Shown here piece after piece: positions 38,430 to 50,738 of a stretch of 64,000 nt of DNA (positions within the stretch are counted from its first letter, which is position 1; each line of letters starts with the position of its first letter). Both the position numbers and the translations under genes were made by a program. The notes under the pieces are model-generated. The model ran no database searches and was not told where the DNA came from. It saw only the letters and a list, made by a program, of their open reading frames with translations. This DNA comes from Marsupella aquatica (lineage: Eukaryota > Plantae > Marchantiophyta), in the NCBI GenBank assembly GCA_973895155.1, contig OZ316892.1, positions 21,453,619-21,517,618 on the forward strand. The letters are read 5' to 3'.

Positions 38430-41400
38430 AACCCTGATGCTTCGCAAACATCATCGCAATTAAAACATTAGAGTGTGATTCTATCCGCTTTGCAAATGCT
38501 TTGCAAATTCAATTTAAAGTAAGTTGCGATGTTGTTGCAATACCAATTAATATATAGCTTCGCAACGTCTTTGAAAATTTGAGAATTATTTTGCGAAGGT
38601 CGTGGGTTCTCAGATTGTGATGCAAGAAGCTTCACAATGCCTGTTTTTTTGTGGTTTGAAATCTGAAAGGGGCGGGCCGGGGCTCATTAGCGCTCTAGAG
38701 CGGCGCAATCAAAGCACAAGGGAGGGAGCAAGGTGAAGGGCATTGGAAAAAGGGAGAGAGGATTCAAGGTGTCTTGGGTGAGGAGCTATAGCATCAGGTA
38801 GTGGCAATGGCAGCGGGGACAATGGAGAGGAGGAGAGGAATAGATTGATTGCCATGGTATCTCAGCATGTGACAAATTCACAGTTGAGTACCTTGGATTT
38901 GAGTACACCTGCAGGGATATATGGCCTACTTGACTGCAATCTTGGGGCAAGCTTTGCAAACTGGACTTGTAGCAGGGCAGGCTGCAAGAGATGAGAAGCA
39001 AGGAAGGCAGTTGGCGAGAAGGGCAAAGCAAAGAAGGGGAAGAAGGCCGGAGGAGAGGGCCAAGGCAGGAGTCCTCTCTCTAGGCCCTAGTGAAGAAGAG
39101 AAGAAAGGAGGAGAGGAATGAGATTTGAAAGTGCAAGGAGGAGCAGCGGAAGAAGGAGGAGGAGCGAAAGAAGCTCCCTATTCTCATTCTAGAGGCCCAT
39201 GGCATTCCTTATGATCTTGCTTACATAGGGGCTAAGATCACCATAAAGCACATTGTGGCCACTAACATCCCTAGAGGTGTTGAATGGGGAAAGCTTTCTA
39301 GGGAGGATCATAAGAGAGTGATCACACAAGTCAAGGATGCATTTCAAAATGGACCAGACCTGAATGAAACATGGATTGCAGACAGAATTTCAAATTCAAT
39401 GTCCCAGGCTCGATATCATGACATGAAGAAGATTAGGGCCTACCTGAAGGAGCTCAAGGACTACAGGAGGTTGAAGAGGCCTCTGCAATTCTCAAAAGAC
39501 ATGTGGAAGGCTTTCTACCAGGTTGAGGTGCAAATTAGGGCCAGCAGGAACCTGCAAGCAGCAATGGAGAAGTGAGACAAGCTCACCCAAGCCCCGGGTA
39601 CGCAACTCTTATATAATAGACAGGGGTCTACATTTTTATATGGACTAAAAAGTTGGCTATATAAAATAATTAAAATTTGAAAAAACCTGGGGTTTTCCAC
39701 GTTTAAAAATTTTCAAGTCATATAAAAGGTTTGGTTTTCTTCTTTTTCCATATGAAATTAAAAAATATTCCTATACATGTTGTAATTTTTATTAAAATAT
39801 GTTTAAAATTTTAATAAAAATCCTAAAAAGCTGGCTAGTTTGGCTGTAGACCCTTGTACTAAAAAAAACCCATATAATTTGGTTTTGATCAACTTTTTTA
39901 CATCAAATCATGTTTGTTTGTTTTTTTAAGTTACATTTTTGGATTCGTTGAGTTGAGAGGTACAAGACTTTAGTAGACTAAAATGAAATCTAAGATGGTC
40001 AATTGGATATAAGGCCATTATAAGGAATTAAAAACTTGCCTTATAAAAAGGGGAGTTGCATACCCGGGACCCAAGCAAAGGAGGCCGGGAAGACAACCCG
40101 CAATCTGAAGTCCCTAGAGAAGCAAGTAGACTCATGCAGCAAATTGTGGATGAAGAGGGTCAGCCACCCAAGAAGTTCTCCCAAGCTGCTGCACGAGTGA
40201 CCAGCCGTTCCAAGGTCATTCACAAAATGTGGCAAGGTGGACTCCCCGACCTGAACGCAGCTTTTGTGAGTGCCCTCCTCTTTCCCTACTACTTGGCCTC
40301 TTTCCCCAATGTATTGTGATGTGCAATGCCCCAACCTCTTTCCTACCCTCTTGCTTTTGCCTTGCCCTAATATGCTTTGGCACGCACAAGGTACACTTTT
40401 TTTAATCTGTCGCATAACAGGCTTTGCAAAAGCTTCACAAACCAATCATGAACATTTTTTCCAAAGGCTTTGCGATGAAGTCCGCTTTGCAAACAACCTT
40501 GCAACAGCTTCAAAATTGATGGAGCTTTGCATTTTGCGAAGTACATTGATTTGCAAATTCAAATTTTTTTGGAATTTTTGTAAGTGTTCAAGTCTTGTGT
40601 GAATTTTGAATGATGTGCATTAATTTGGGTCACTTTAGGCTGAATTAAGTGGGTTGGTTAAATTGTGGCCTTTGACAGTATAAGAAGTACCGCTGCAAAA
40701 TCAACCCTGAAGAGATGAAGGTAGGGGATTAGCTTGGGGAAAAACATAGACTCTTTGAGATCATGGATGCAGCATTGGCTAGTGTAAGTCTCAACACTTT
40801 AATTTCCTAAATTGTGTGCATGTCTTCATTATGCAAGGTTTTATCAAGTTTTCCTTCTTTTACTCGTGACCTCTCCTAATTGCGTGCTTCAAGCAGGATG
40901 ACGATCAAATGGATGCGGAGGGGCTAAGGAACCAGGCTCTGATGTTAGCAGCAACAATGTGGATGAGCGTAGTAGTTGTAGTCATTGCCCTAGCAGGCTG
41001 GTTGCATCCTCTGGAGGTGGTCCCGGACGTGGTAGTACTTCAGAGACTAGAGGTGGACCAGCACCTGAGCCGGGGGATGAGGATGAGGATGACAAGGAGG
41101 GGCAGGAGGATGGTGGGGCAGAAGAGGATGGTGGCCAAGAGGAGGGTCCAGAGGAGGTAGAGCTAGAGCCGGAGCCAGAGCCTGTGCCCATTCAGGTGGC
41201 TGTGACCCACCAAGGAGCTAGGGGAGAGGGCCCGGACCAAAACGAGGAGTAGGAAGGCCTCATTCTAGATGTTGTTGGTAGAGGTATCCTTCTAGAGCTA
41301 CATATGGGTATGCTATGCTTGTTAGGTGTAGTTAGGCATATGTGCCTATCTATATATAGGTGGGGTTCTTTCAAGGCCAATTTTGTACCTCAAGGCATTT

Positions 41401-41974
41401 TGCCTCTTCATTATACATATTTTTGGGTATACCCAGGTACCTCCAATGTGTCCTAATAACCCTTAATTAAACCCTAAATCTCAAGCATGAAGCATTTGCG
41501 AAACACTTAAGAAATTAGAGTCATAAAAAATGACCAATCCTCACAAAATTGCAATATTGCCATTCAAAATGCTTCTCAACATTGCCATTCTTTACAAATG
41601 GTAAACTTGCCGTGACCCATGTATCTCAAATATGCAAAGCATATACCATCTAATTTTTGTCAATATCCAACCTTTGCAAACTATTTGTGAAACAATATGA
41701 ATTGCAACAGAAAAAATACCACCCACTTCGCAATAAGGTTGCAATCTTTGCGAGGTTGCAATCTTGTGAAACCTTTGCGATTTGTTTTATTTTGCAAAAT
41801 TGCCAAGAATGTGCGATCAAACCGGATTGCAAATCTGCGATGAACTAATCTTTGCACATTGTCAAATCATAGCAAAAGTCCAGAAGCAAAGTCTTTAGCT
41901 TCGCATTTTGCAAAGACATTGCGATGCGGATTGAAGGCGGTAGCTTTGCGAAAGACCCCATTTGTGTTGTAGTG
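38430..41974 (+). mobile_element. Decayed CACTA element with a TnpA/Ptta-like spliced gene and an intact right terminus
   Basis: TTGCGA/TCGCAA subterminal motifs at 38430-38640, 40420-40560 and 41490-41960. Terminus ...CCCCATTTGTGTTGTAGTG at 41974. Coding remnants at 39190-39575 and 40077-40266 (VIHKMWQGG, resembling the HxxGxxG motif of Transposase_24), plus an acidic last exon at about 40897-41252. Left terminus not found. Confidence 0.65.
39593..40068. mobile_element. MITE (476 bp) with an 8-bp TSD (hAT- or P-type), inserted in the CACTA gene
   Basis: TIRs CCCGGGTA(C/T)GCAACTC; perfect TSD ACCCAAGC at 39585-39592 and 40069-40076; AT-rich interior. Confidence 0.9.
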
Positions 41975-42039
41975 AGAGTTTAATTTGATCCCTTGAAGAT
42001 GTTTGTTTGGAGGCAATTAATGTGCCCGTAATGTTGTAG

Positions 42040-43347
42040 GAAGTCTGTGACACCAAAGGAGGTGTCTTATCAAATGTGTTTCAGAGCGTTATGCTCTGGT
42101 TGCGACAATTTGCAATTCACTCAAAACTTCCTTCCTTATGTTTGATTTGCAAAGAGGAGATCGGGAACAAAGTGCAAAGAACGCCTCTCAATGAGCCTCA
42201 GTGAGCCCGACTCCTGTCAGAGTTTCAGCAATTGAAGATTGGAAGTGCTTACATGGACTACAAGGTGAGTGTAGTCACTCAGGGTATGGGGTATTATTGG
42301 GGTATGATTGAGATATTTCAGTTCACATTGCTTTGCCTAACAATTCCCGCATGCACTCACATTAAAGGTTGGATTGTGCAGGGGGGCTTGATTGGAAGTC
42401 CATTTCAGATTTCTGGCTGTGGCCATGTATACTGTGGCATTTGTGCAATAGGCGGTCGGGAAGCTGGAACTTGCAAATCAGCAAGATGTTCAAAAAAATG
42501 TGATGCCCCACGTCCTATATAGACTAGCTGATTTGAGGCTAGTGAATGGTGGTGCGGAGTCAAAGGGAAGGCCCAAAGAGAATATGATGTCCGACACCCA
42601 ACTTCTCCAAAATTTGATGCAGTCTTGGAATACCTTAAGTTGATGAATCCACTGGACTCTATAGGACAGGGCAGCAGCGTGAGCTTTGTGCCCAGATAGA
42701 AGACTCTTGTTTTCTCACAATGGACTTTGTGTCTCAACATGCTTGAGCCACACATCTTGAAGGCTGGTCTAAAGTTTACAAGAATTGATGGATAAATGAA
42801 GTCCAATGTGAGAGAAACAGTCCTGAATGATTTCAAGACAACCCCAAAGGTACATATAGTCATTATTAATGCAGATTGATGTCTTTTTTATTGCAATTTA
42901 ACTCTTTCCAATCATTTCATGTAGATCAACAATATCCTCTTCTCCTTGATGGCAACAAACACAAGACTCAACATTACCGAGACTACCCATATTCTTATGG
43001 TAGATGGGTGGTGGAATCTCATAAGAGAGGACCAGGCCGTTGATTGATCACATCGTATCGGGCAAACAAGGCCGGCAGAGTTGTTTGATTTATTGCTGAA
43101 GATTTGATTGAGCTGAAGATTTTGGAGCTGCAGGTAAGATCGACTTTGCTCATTTTGAGCTTGCAATTAGGTAATGATAAATTATGAATTCCATGTGATC
43201 TCTGATTGTACACATGTTGTATGTTTTGTGCAAAACAAGAAATGAGTGATGATCAAGGACATCATGTATGGCTGTGCAACCGGCAATAAGGATAATCTGG
43301 AACAAAATCTGGAGTTCATACTGGGAGAGAATCAACGGCAGAGGTGA
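42040..43347 (+). pseudogene. RAD5/HLTF/RAD16-like SNF2 helicase pseudogene (RING plus C-terminal helicase lobe)
   Basis: Exons at about 42040-42264, 42409-42849, 42925-43133 and 43240-43347. Motifs LRQ..H..L, CGHVYCGIC, SPKFDAVL, KTLVFSQWT, RIDG*M, LNIT...H, DGWWN..REDQAVD*SHRIGQTRP and IE.KILELQ are present, with several in-frame stops and frameshifts. Confidence 0.85.
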
Positions 43348-44860
43348 AATGGATTGAACTCTGACTTGCAAAATTAGTTTGAACTAAGGATGGTTGCTCC
43401 AACACTACTATTAGTGGGTTACTAGTAAGTACTGAATGGGGTATGGGTGAGTATTAAGTGGGGTAGTGGGGTACAAGCTAGTGGGTTGTTAGTGGGTGTA
43501 TTAGGACCATTCAACACATTTTGAAAGTAGTCAGGTTTCACAACTGCACTTGATGTGGTACATTGTGTGCACTACATCCAGTTGAGTTGGAGTTACATTG
43601 AATGTACACTTATTGTCATTTTATATATGAGGGACCGCGTGCACAGTCCATTTGAAGCCAACTACCTAAGCCTACTTACATTTTGGACATTGATTTCACC
43701 ACGCGGCCACTTGTTGGTATAAACTAGTCAGGGGAAACTAACATGGGCAATTCCACCCAAGAGGTGAGCTTCTTGACTCATTAGCCTAAAGCACATAGGT
43801 AAATTACTAACATATGAACCCATCCACACCAAGGCGGTTTGGTTCACTATGTAATAGGGGAAAAATACCCAAAATAATTCAGTAACCTAACGCATGTACC
43901 CTCTGAGGATAATTAGCCTACATAACCCATGTAATCAATCTCCTAACACTGCATATCCTCCTTGCACTCTCTAACAATGCCTGAAATAATCTGATTGCGT
44001 GCTTTTCAACTTGTGCACCCCAGACTCATGCTCAGAATCACTTTTGGTCAAATTAAATCAATTGGGGTTTGCAGGTTTTGGGTTTGCAATCATGTACCCA
44101 AGGTCTCACTCCAACTCCCAATCCACCAGTTCTTCTCTGCCTTTGGGTCCCTTGTCTATTTTGAGAGCCCATCCTTTTCATCAAATAATCTTTGCATAAT
44201 CTTAAAGTCTTGCTCACTTTATAAAGCCCTTTGGGTAATTTGTTTCATGAGGAAATCACTTAGGCTAAAAAGCCTAATCCCCTTGTGAACACGTACTTAC
44301 ATGTTACATACCCCTTATTAGTTCTCATATGATTGAAAAGTTTAAAAGACACTTGAATTTAAGTATAATAAATAATTACAGACCCCATGAGAGGTCCCTT
44401 GCAAAATTCAAGACTCCACATGTAGAGCACCACATCATCATGGAGTAATGCAAACAAGAACAAATTTGTTTCCAAATTCAAATAGCTCAACCTTTCGTGT
44501 TTGTGGCAAGTTCTGGGTAAAATTCAAGGTGCCATGCTCTAAAATATAATATAATTTCATTTGAATGTAAGTACTTTTGAACTTATTATAAAACAAAAGC
44601 ACATTTTTTGGCAAGATTGGACTTTCAGAAGAAAGCACAGACGATTCAGCAACATTCCCAAGGTCGTGAATGTTTGAGAATTGAAGCACACTCAGATGAT
44701 TGAATGTTTAATTGAGAAGTACACTCAGATGATTGAACAGGTCGTCACCCACATGACGGACCTCACCTCCTCCTCCCTCCTAAGCTCACTCCTCTCCTTG
44801 CTCTTTGGTCACAGCTCCTCCCTCAGGCATCAGTTTCCTAGCCAGCAGCGCATCGCCTTG

Positions 44861-44924
44861 CTATGACCTTGGCCAGGATATTTTCTTGAAACCTGGGCAA
44901 GGGAATGGTACTTTCGTTTCCAGT
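44861..44924 (-). pseudogene. Inverted fragment of SKP1-like exon 1
   Basis: The reverse complement reads ACTGGAAACGAAAGTACCATTCCCTTGCCCAGGTTTCAAGAAAATATCCTGGCCAAGGTCATAG. It is followed by the same spacer (44925-45130) that follows copy 3 (49101-49300). Confidence 0.8.
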
Positions 44925-45844
44925 AATTCAAACGGTGAGTGAGCTGAAAATTTCCAAAGTCTCATTTGAGCGGATTTTCTTATTAGTTGTACTGACCACC
45001 AAGGACATTCAGGTGCATGTAACCAGGAACCAATGATACTACTTGTTGGACAATAGCTCTAGGAATTTGATTATGTTCTCTTTGAATTGTTGCAGCGTCC
45101 TAACCTGTTGCAAGGAATGCCCGGCTAGTGTACGTTCCCCGCCGACCAGTCTAAAATTTGGACTCTGGCTCCCACCAATGCTTTCGTTCCTGCCAGATGA
45201 GTCAGAGACCAAAGACTTGTCCCCTTGAATGCATTCATATCAAACTGACCAAAGACTACAAACCCTTGCTTGCCGTAGGTGACTCGATCAGACACCAAAC
45301 ACTTGTTGCCTTGCAGTCATTCAGCAGCGTCATACAAAACTGACGAAAGACTACAAAAGCTTCCTTTTGTTCTCCGAGCAAGTATATATAGCTCTTCAGC
45401 AAGGACGATTTCTTCAGTTTTATGTTGAGGCAGGAGCGGCTTGCATCATCAGAGTGCATATTCAACATCTTCAGAGTTTTGAGCTTAACCGTCAGGTATT
45501 AGCATGCATCTCTTTGCACCGTTTACTCGCGATCCTTGGTATGTTTTGCGTTATAGCTTACTTTCCCAGCTTTCCTACTTGTGGATCGATAGAGTTCGTT
45601 CGGTTATCTTGCCATGTAAAAGATAGAGCTGCGCAATATCTGACCAAGACTGTAAAATTAAAAAGTACATAGCTAAGAAATAGCTTCATCCTGGTTGCCA
45701 ACAGTTGTAATATGCACATGATCAACAGGATAAATTCGTTGGCAGGTCTTCTGGGCTAAGTGCATAAAACGCCTGGAGGAAGAGCAACTAACTAGGATAT
45801 AAGGCTGACCGCTAGCCAATCAAGCAACGACCAGATCAACCAAC

Positions 45845-46529
45845 ATGTCAATCAACACGCGAGTCAACAGGAAGGTGCAACTCAAGTCGTCGGATGGTGT
45901 TATATTTGAAGTGGACATTTCCGTTGTGCAATACTCAGAGACATTGACAGATATCGTCTAGGTCACTGGAAATGAAAGTACAATTCCTTTGCCCAATGTT
46001 TCCAGAAATATCCTGGCCAAGGTCATAGAGTATTGCGCATATCATCGGCACTTTGAACAGATTACAGATGAGAAACCAGCAGCTACGAACGATGAAATCA
46101 AACGGCGTGATGCTGAGTTTCTCCAGGTTGATCATGGCACTCTTGTCGGTCTCATCAACGTAAGTTTTACACACTGAAGCAAGCTCATTTATTTCGTGAC
46201 TAGGGTGTTTCTAAACTTCGTGACTAGGGTATTTCTCTTGATTACATTGCAGAATTTACTTTCACCTCCAAGTTAGTGGGTAGTGCTGAGGTTCCTCTAA
46301 CGTGACTTTATGAACTCCAATCTTATCTTCTTGCGGGTGTTCTTGCTTCTTGCAGGCAGCTCACTACCTCAATATGAAAAATTTGTTAGATTTGGCGTGT
46401 CAAAGAGCTACTGACATGATCACAGGTAAGACTCCTGCTGAGATAAGATGAAATTTCGGGATGGTCAACCACTACGATCCCGAAAAAGAAGGGGAATGGA
46501 GGAGGGAAACCAAGTGGATCTTTCACTAG
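45845..46529 (+). pseudogene. SKP1: SKP1-like copy 2 (two premature stops)
   Basis: Exons 45845-46159 and 46356-46529; in-frame TAG at 45959-45961 and TGA at about 46449-46451. The unit 45150-47225 is an inverted paralog of 24276-26400. Confidence 0.85.
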
Positions 46530-48552
46530 CTAGCTTCAGATTGTAAACCAGGATTGAAAGTAGTCCATATTGAAAGGAATGGCTTCGAGATATGTTTGTT
46601 GATAGGAGGCCAATCTGCCAATACTGGTTTCCACTTTCTAGTCAATGGGTGCGGTTCGTTGGGTGCGGTCCAGTTCAAACGAGACAAGATGTTTGAGAAA
46701 TTAGAGCAGCTTAGCTAGACGTTTCCAGTCTCTTTTATTAAACAAGGCCTATAGTGACCTTTTGACAATGATGGCCTGATGTCTGATCTGATTAACTATA
46801 TTTCTACAAACACTTATTGTGATGTATTTCGGCAACGCTTCTTACTGCCAACAAAGATGTACTGTCACTCTGCTTGCATGGCTTGATTATGTTTTTTCGC
46901 TGCGCCTGGCTTGAATCGGACCCCTTTTTTTCCTCAGCTGTGCACTTTTGGTTACTCTAGACTCCATGGAGTATTTTGTTTTAAATCTAATACATTTCAG
47001 AAAAATTTCTAGACTCACAGGTCAAACTATCCTATACTATAACGCAAGCTGGAAAGCAAGTTGGAAGCTAGATTTTGAACTAGACATAGAAAGAGACCCT
47101 AGAAGGCAGCAGTTAGCTTGTATATAATACAGCTCATTCAAAACCTCAAGCTACGATATAGTCAGGAAGGTGATCTTTCTAGGCTTAATCTGAATATCGT
47201 ACGTGCTATCATTTTAACTGTCTAACCATGCACCAAAGTGCAGAATTGTGATTGATGGGGAAGAAAAATAACCCATGTGGGCAAAAGAAGGGAGACATAA
47301 AATTAATATGTCTTAAAAATGGGAGTACCAATAGAATGGTGGGCGTACCCAATGCAAAGTGAGAGGAGCACGCGATGATCCATGAAATTCAATCCCCCGC
47401 CTCCAACATATATACAATGTGGGAGGGGCTAGTAAGGGTGAATAGATAATAACCAACCCTAAAAACCTATGATTATACTCTAAAAACAATTTAAGACCAT
47501 TAGAAAGAAAAAAACCCACCTTCCCAAGAAAACAGAAACCCCTCACCTTACCCCTGTAGAAAAAGTTTGAAAATGGGGTTGAATCTTTTGTTGGAGCTAG
47601 GGACTTTGCCACATGTCCTTAAATAAAAACCCAAGTTGTCAAGAATGCTAGAACAAAACGGTTCTAGAAAAAAAATATTAGTTGTCTTAAGTTTTCTTTA
47701 AAAGATTAAAATCAATCCTGAAAGTACTTGTTAAGATTAGTTCTGGGTAGTTTATATTTATTTCACATTATCTTGAAAATTGTTTCATCAAGTTTCACGA
47801 CTTCCCACTATATCAAAGTAGTCAAAATCATTGCATTCATTCAACCACAAATTAAGATAGAAATGTTTTAAAATGTTCTTTCTAAAATTTGGAATGAATC
47901 CAAAAGGTGATTCATACCAGAATTGCTGGCTACATTCAAAATCAGATATTGATTTGCCCATTACTCATTCAGTTTTGGGTTCTTGATGTTGGGGGTGAAA
48001 TCCACTAGCTACCATTTTCAGTAACATATCTTATCTACAAAATAGCGCGCATTTTATCCAAGAATACCACTGAGAAGTTAACATAAGCAGTCTATGGGGC
48101 TCATGGTCAGCTTCAAAATAATTCAAAACATGCATAGTTTTGGAGTTTTATTCACACAACGTAACCATTCAAGCAGAGTGACAGGACATCTTTGTTGGCA
48201 GTAAGAAGCGCTGCCCAAATACAGTACCGCAAGTTTTTTTAGTTTTTTTTCATTACCATAAGTGTTTGCAGAAATATAGTTACTCAGATCAGACGTCAAG
48301 CTATCATTGTCAACAAGGTCACCATAGCCCAATAAAAGAGAGAAGATCGACTGGTAACGTCTAAGCTGCTCTAACTTCTCAAACAACTTGACGTCTCGAT
48401 TGAACTGGACCGCACCCCAGGACTAGACCGCACCCAATGATCGACTAAGTGGAAACCAGTATTGGCAGATTGGCCCCCTATCAACACACATATCTCGAAG
48501 CCATTCCTTTCAATATGGTCGACTACTTTCAATCCTGGTTCACAATCTGAAG

Positions 48553-49100
48553 CTAGCTAGTGAAAGATCCACTTGATTCCCTCCTCATTTCCGCTTCTTG
48601 GTCGGGATCATAGTGGTTCACCATCCCGAAAATTCGTCTGATCTCCGCAGGAGTCTTGCCCGTGATCATGTCAGCAGCTCTTTGACACGTCAAAACTAAC
48701 AATTTTTTCATATTGAGATAGTGGGCTGCCTGCAAGATGCAAGAAGAACCACAAGAAGATAAGATTGGAGCTCATAAAGTCACCGTAGAGGACCTCAGCA
48801 CTACCCACTAACCTGGAGGTGAAAGAAATACTGTAATGTAGTCAAGAGAAATACCTTAGTCACGAAGTTTAGAATTAAATGAGCTTCCTTCAGTGTGTAA
48901 AACTTACGTTAATGAAACCGACAAGAGTGCCATGATCGACCTAGAGAAACTCAGTATCACGCCGTTTGATCTCATCATCAGTAGCTGCTGGCTTCTCATC
49001 TGTAATTTGTTCAAACTGCCAATGATATGCGCAATACTCTGACCTTGGCTAGGATATTTCTGGAAACCTGGGGCAAGGGAATGGTACTTTCGTTTCCAGT
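48553..49100 (-). pseudogene. SKP1: SKP1-like copy 3 (5'-truncated, frameshifted)
   Basis: Exon 1 remnant at 49100-48908 has a 2-bp deletion (GTCAGAGTAT). Exon 2 at 48729-48553 has a 1-nt deletion near the end. The first ~40 codons and the promoter are missing. Confidence 0.85.
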
Positions 49101-50067
49101 AACCCAAACGCTGAGTGAGGTGAAAATTTCCAAAGTCTCATTTGAGCAGATTTTCTTATTAGTTGTACTGACCACCAAGGATATTCAAGTGCATGTAACC
49201 AGGAACCAATGATACTACTTGTTGGACAATAGCTCTAGGAATTTGATTATGTTCTCTTTGAATTGTTGCCTAACCTGTTGCAAGGAATGTCCGGCTAGTG
49301 GACGTTTAATTGGGTACAGGTGCTCTCTGAAGCGCCTTTTTTAACCCCACTGGCCAGTGAAAAAGTAAAACCCTGGCTCCAACGAATGCTCTCCTGCCAG
49401 ATGACTCAGAGACCAAAGAGTTGTCCCCCTCAATGCATTCATACCAAACTGACCAAAGACTACAAACGCTTGATTTCGTAGGTGAGTCAAAGACCAAACA
49501 CTCGTTGCCTTGCAGTCATTCAGCAGCGTCATCCGAAACTGACGAAAGACACTAAAAGCTTCATATTGTTCCACAAGCAAGTATATATAGCTCATCAGCA
49601 AGGATGATTTCTTCTTGTTTAATGTTGAGGCAGGAGCGGCTTGCATCTTCAGAGTGCATATTCAACATCTTCAGAGTTTTGAGCTTAAAGTACCGTCAGG
49701 TATAGCATGCATCTCTTTGCAGCTTTTACTCGCGATCCTTGGTATATTTTGTGTTACAGCTTACTTTCCTAGCTTTCGTACTTTGGATAGAGGCTATCTT
49801 GCCATGTAAAAGATGGAGCTGCGACATCTTTGATCGAGACTCTTAACACTCTAAAGGTAAAAAGTATATATATATAGGCAACATATCGCTTCATCCCCAT
49901 TGCCAACAATTGTAATATGAACATGATCTAAACCTTTCAACAGGAGAAATTCGCGCGTTGGCAACTCTTCTGGGCTATGAGAAGAAAACTCCTGGAGCTA
50001 GGGAAGGGCAACTAGGTATGGTCTATCGCTGACCGTAGTCAAGCAAGCAACGACCAGATCAACCAAC

Positions 50068-50738
50068 ATGTCAATCAACAGGCGAGTCAACAGGACGGTG
50101 CAGCTCAAGTCGTCGGATGGTTTTTTATTTGAAGTGAACATTTCCGTTGTGCAATACTCAGTGACGTTGACAGATATAATCGAGGTCACTGGAAACGAAA
50201 GTACCATTCCCTTGCCCCAGGTTTCCAGAAATATCCTGGCCAAGGTCAGAGTATTGCGCATATCATTGGCAGTTTGAACAAATTACAGATGAGAAGCCAA
50301 CAGCTACTGATGATGAGATCAAACGGCGTGATGCTGCGTTTCTCGAGGTCGATCATGGCACTCTTGTCGGTCTCATCAACGTAAGTTTTACACACTAAAG
50401 CAAGCTCATTTATTTAATTCTAAACTTTGTGACTAGGGTATTTCTCTTGATTACATTGCAGTATTTTCTTTCACCTCCAGGTTAGTGGGTAGTGCTAAGG
50501 TTCCTCTAACGTGACTTTATGAACTCCAATCTTATCTCCTTGCGGGTGTTCTTGCTTCTTGCAGGCAGCCAACTTCCTCAATATGAAAAATTTATTAGAT
50601 TTGACGTGTCAAAGAGCTGCTGACATGATCACGGGAAAGACTCCTGCGGAGATCAGACGAATTTTCGGGATGCTGAACCACTATGATCCCGAAGAAGAAG
50701 CGGAAATGAGGAGGGAAACCGAGTGGATCTTTCACTAG
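50068..50738 (+). pseudogene. SKP1: SKP1-like copy 4 (2-bp frameshift in exon 1, canonical exon 2)
   Basis: Exon 1 is 50068-50380 (313 nt versus 315 in copies 1 and 2; deletion near 50248). Exon 2 is 50565-50738 and ends [15 protein letters not shown]. Confidence 0.85.
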
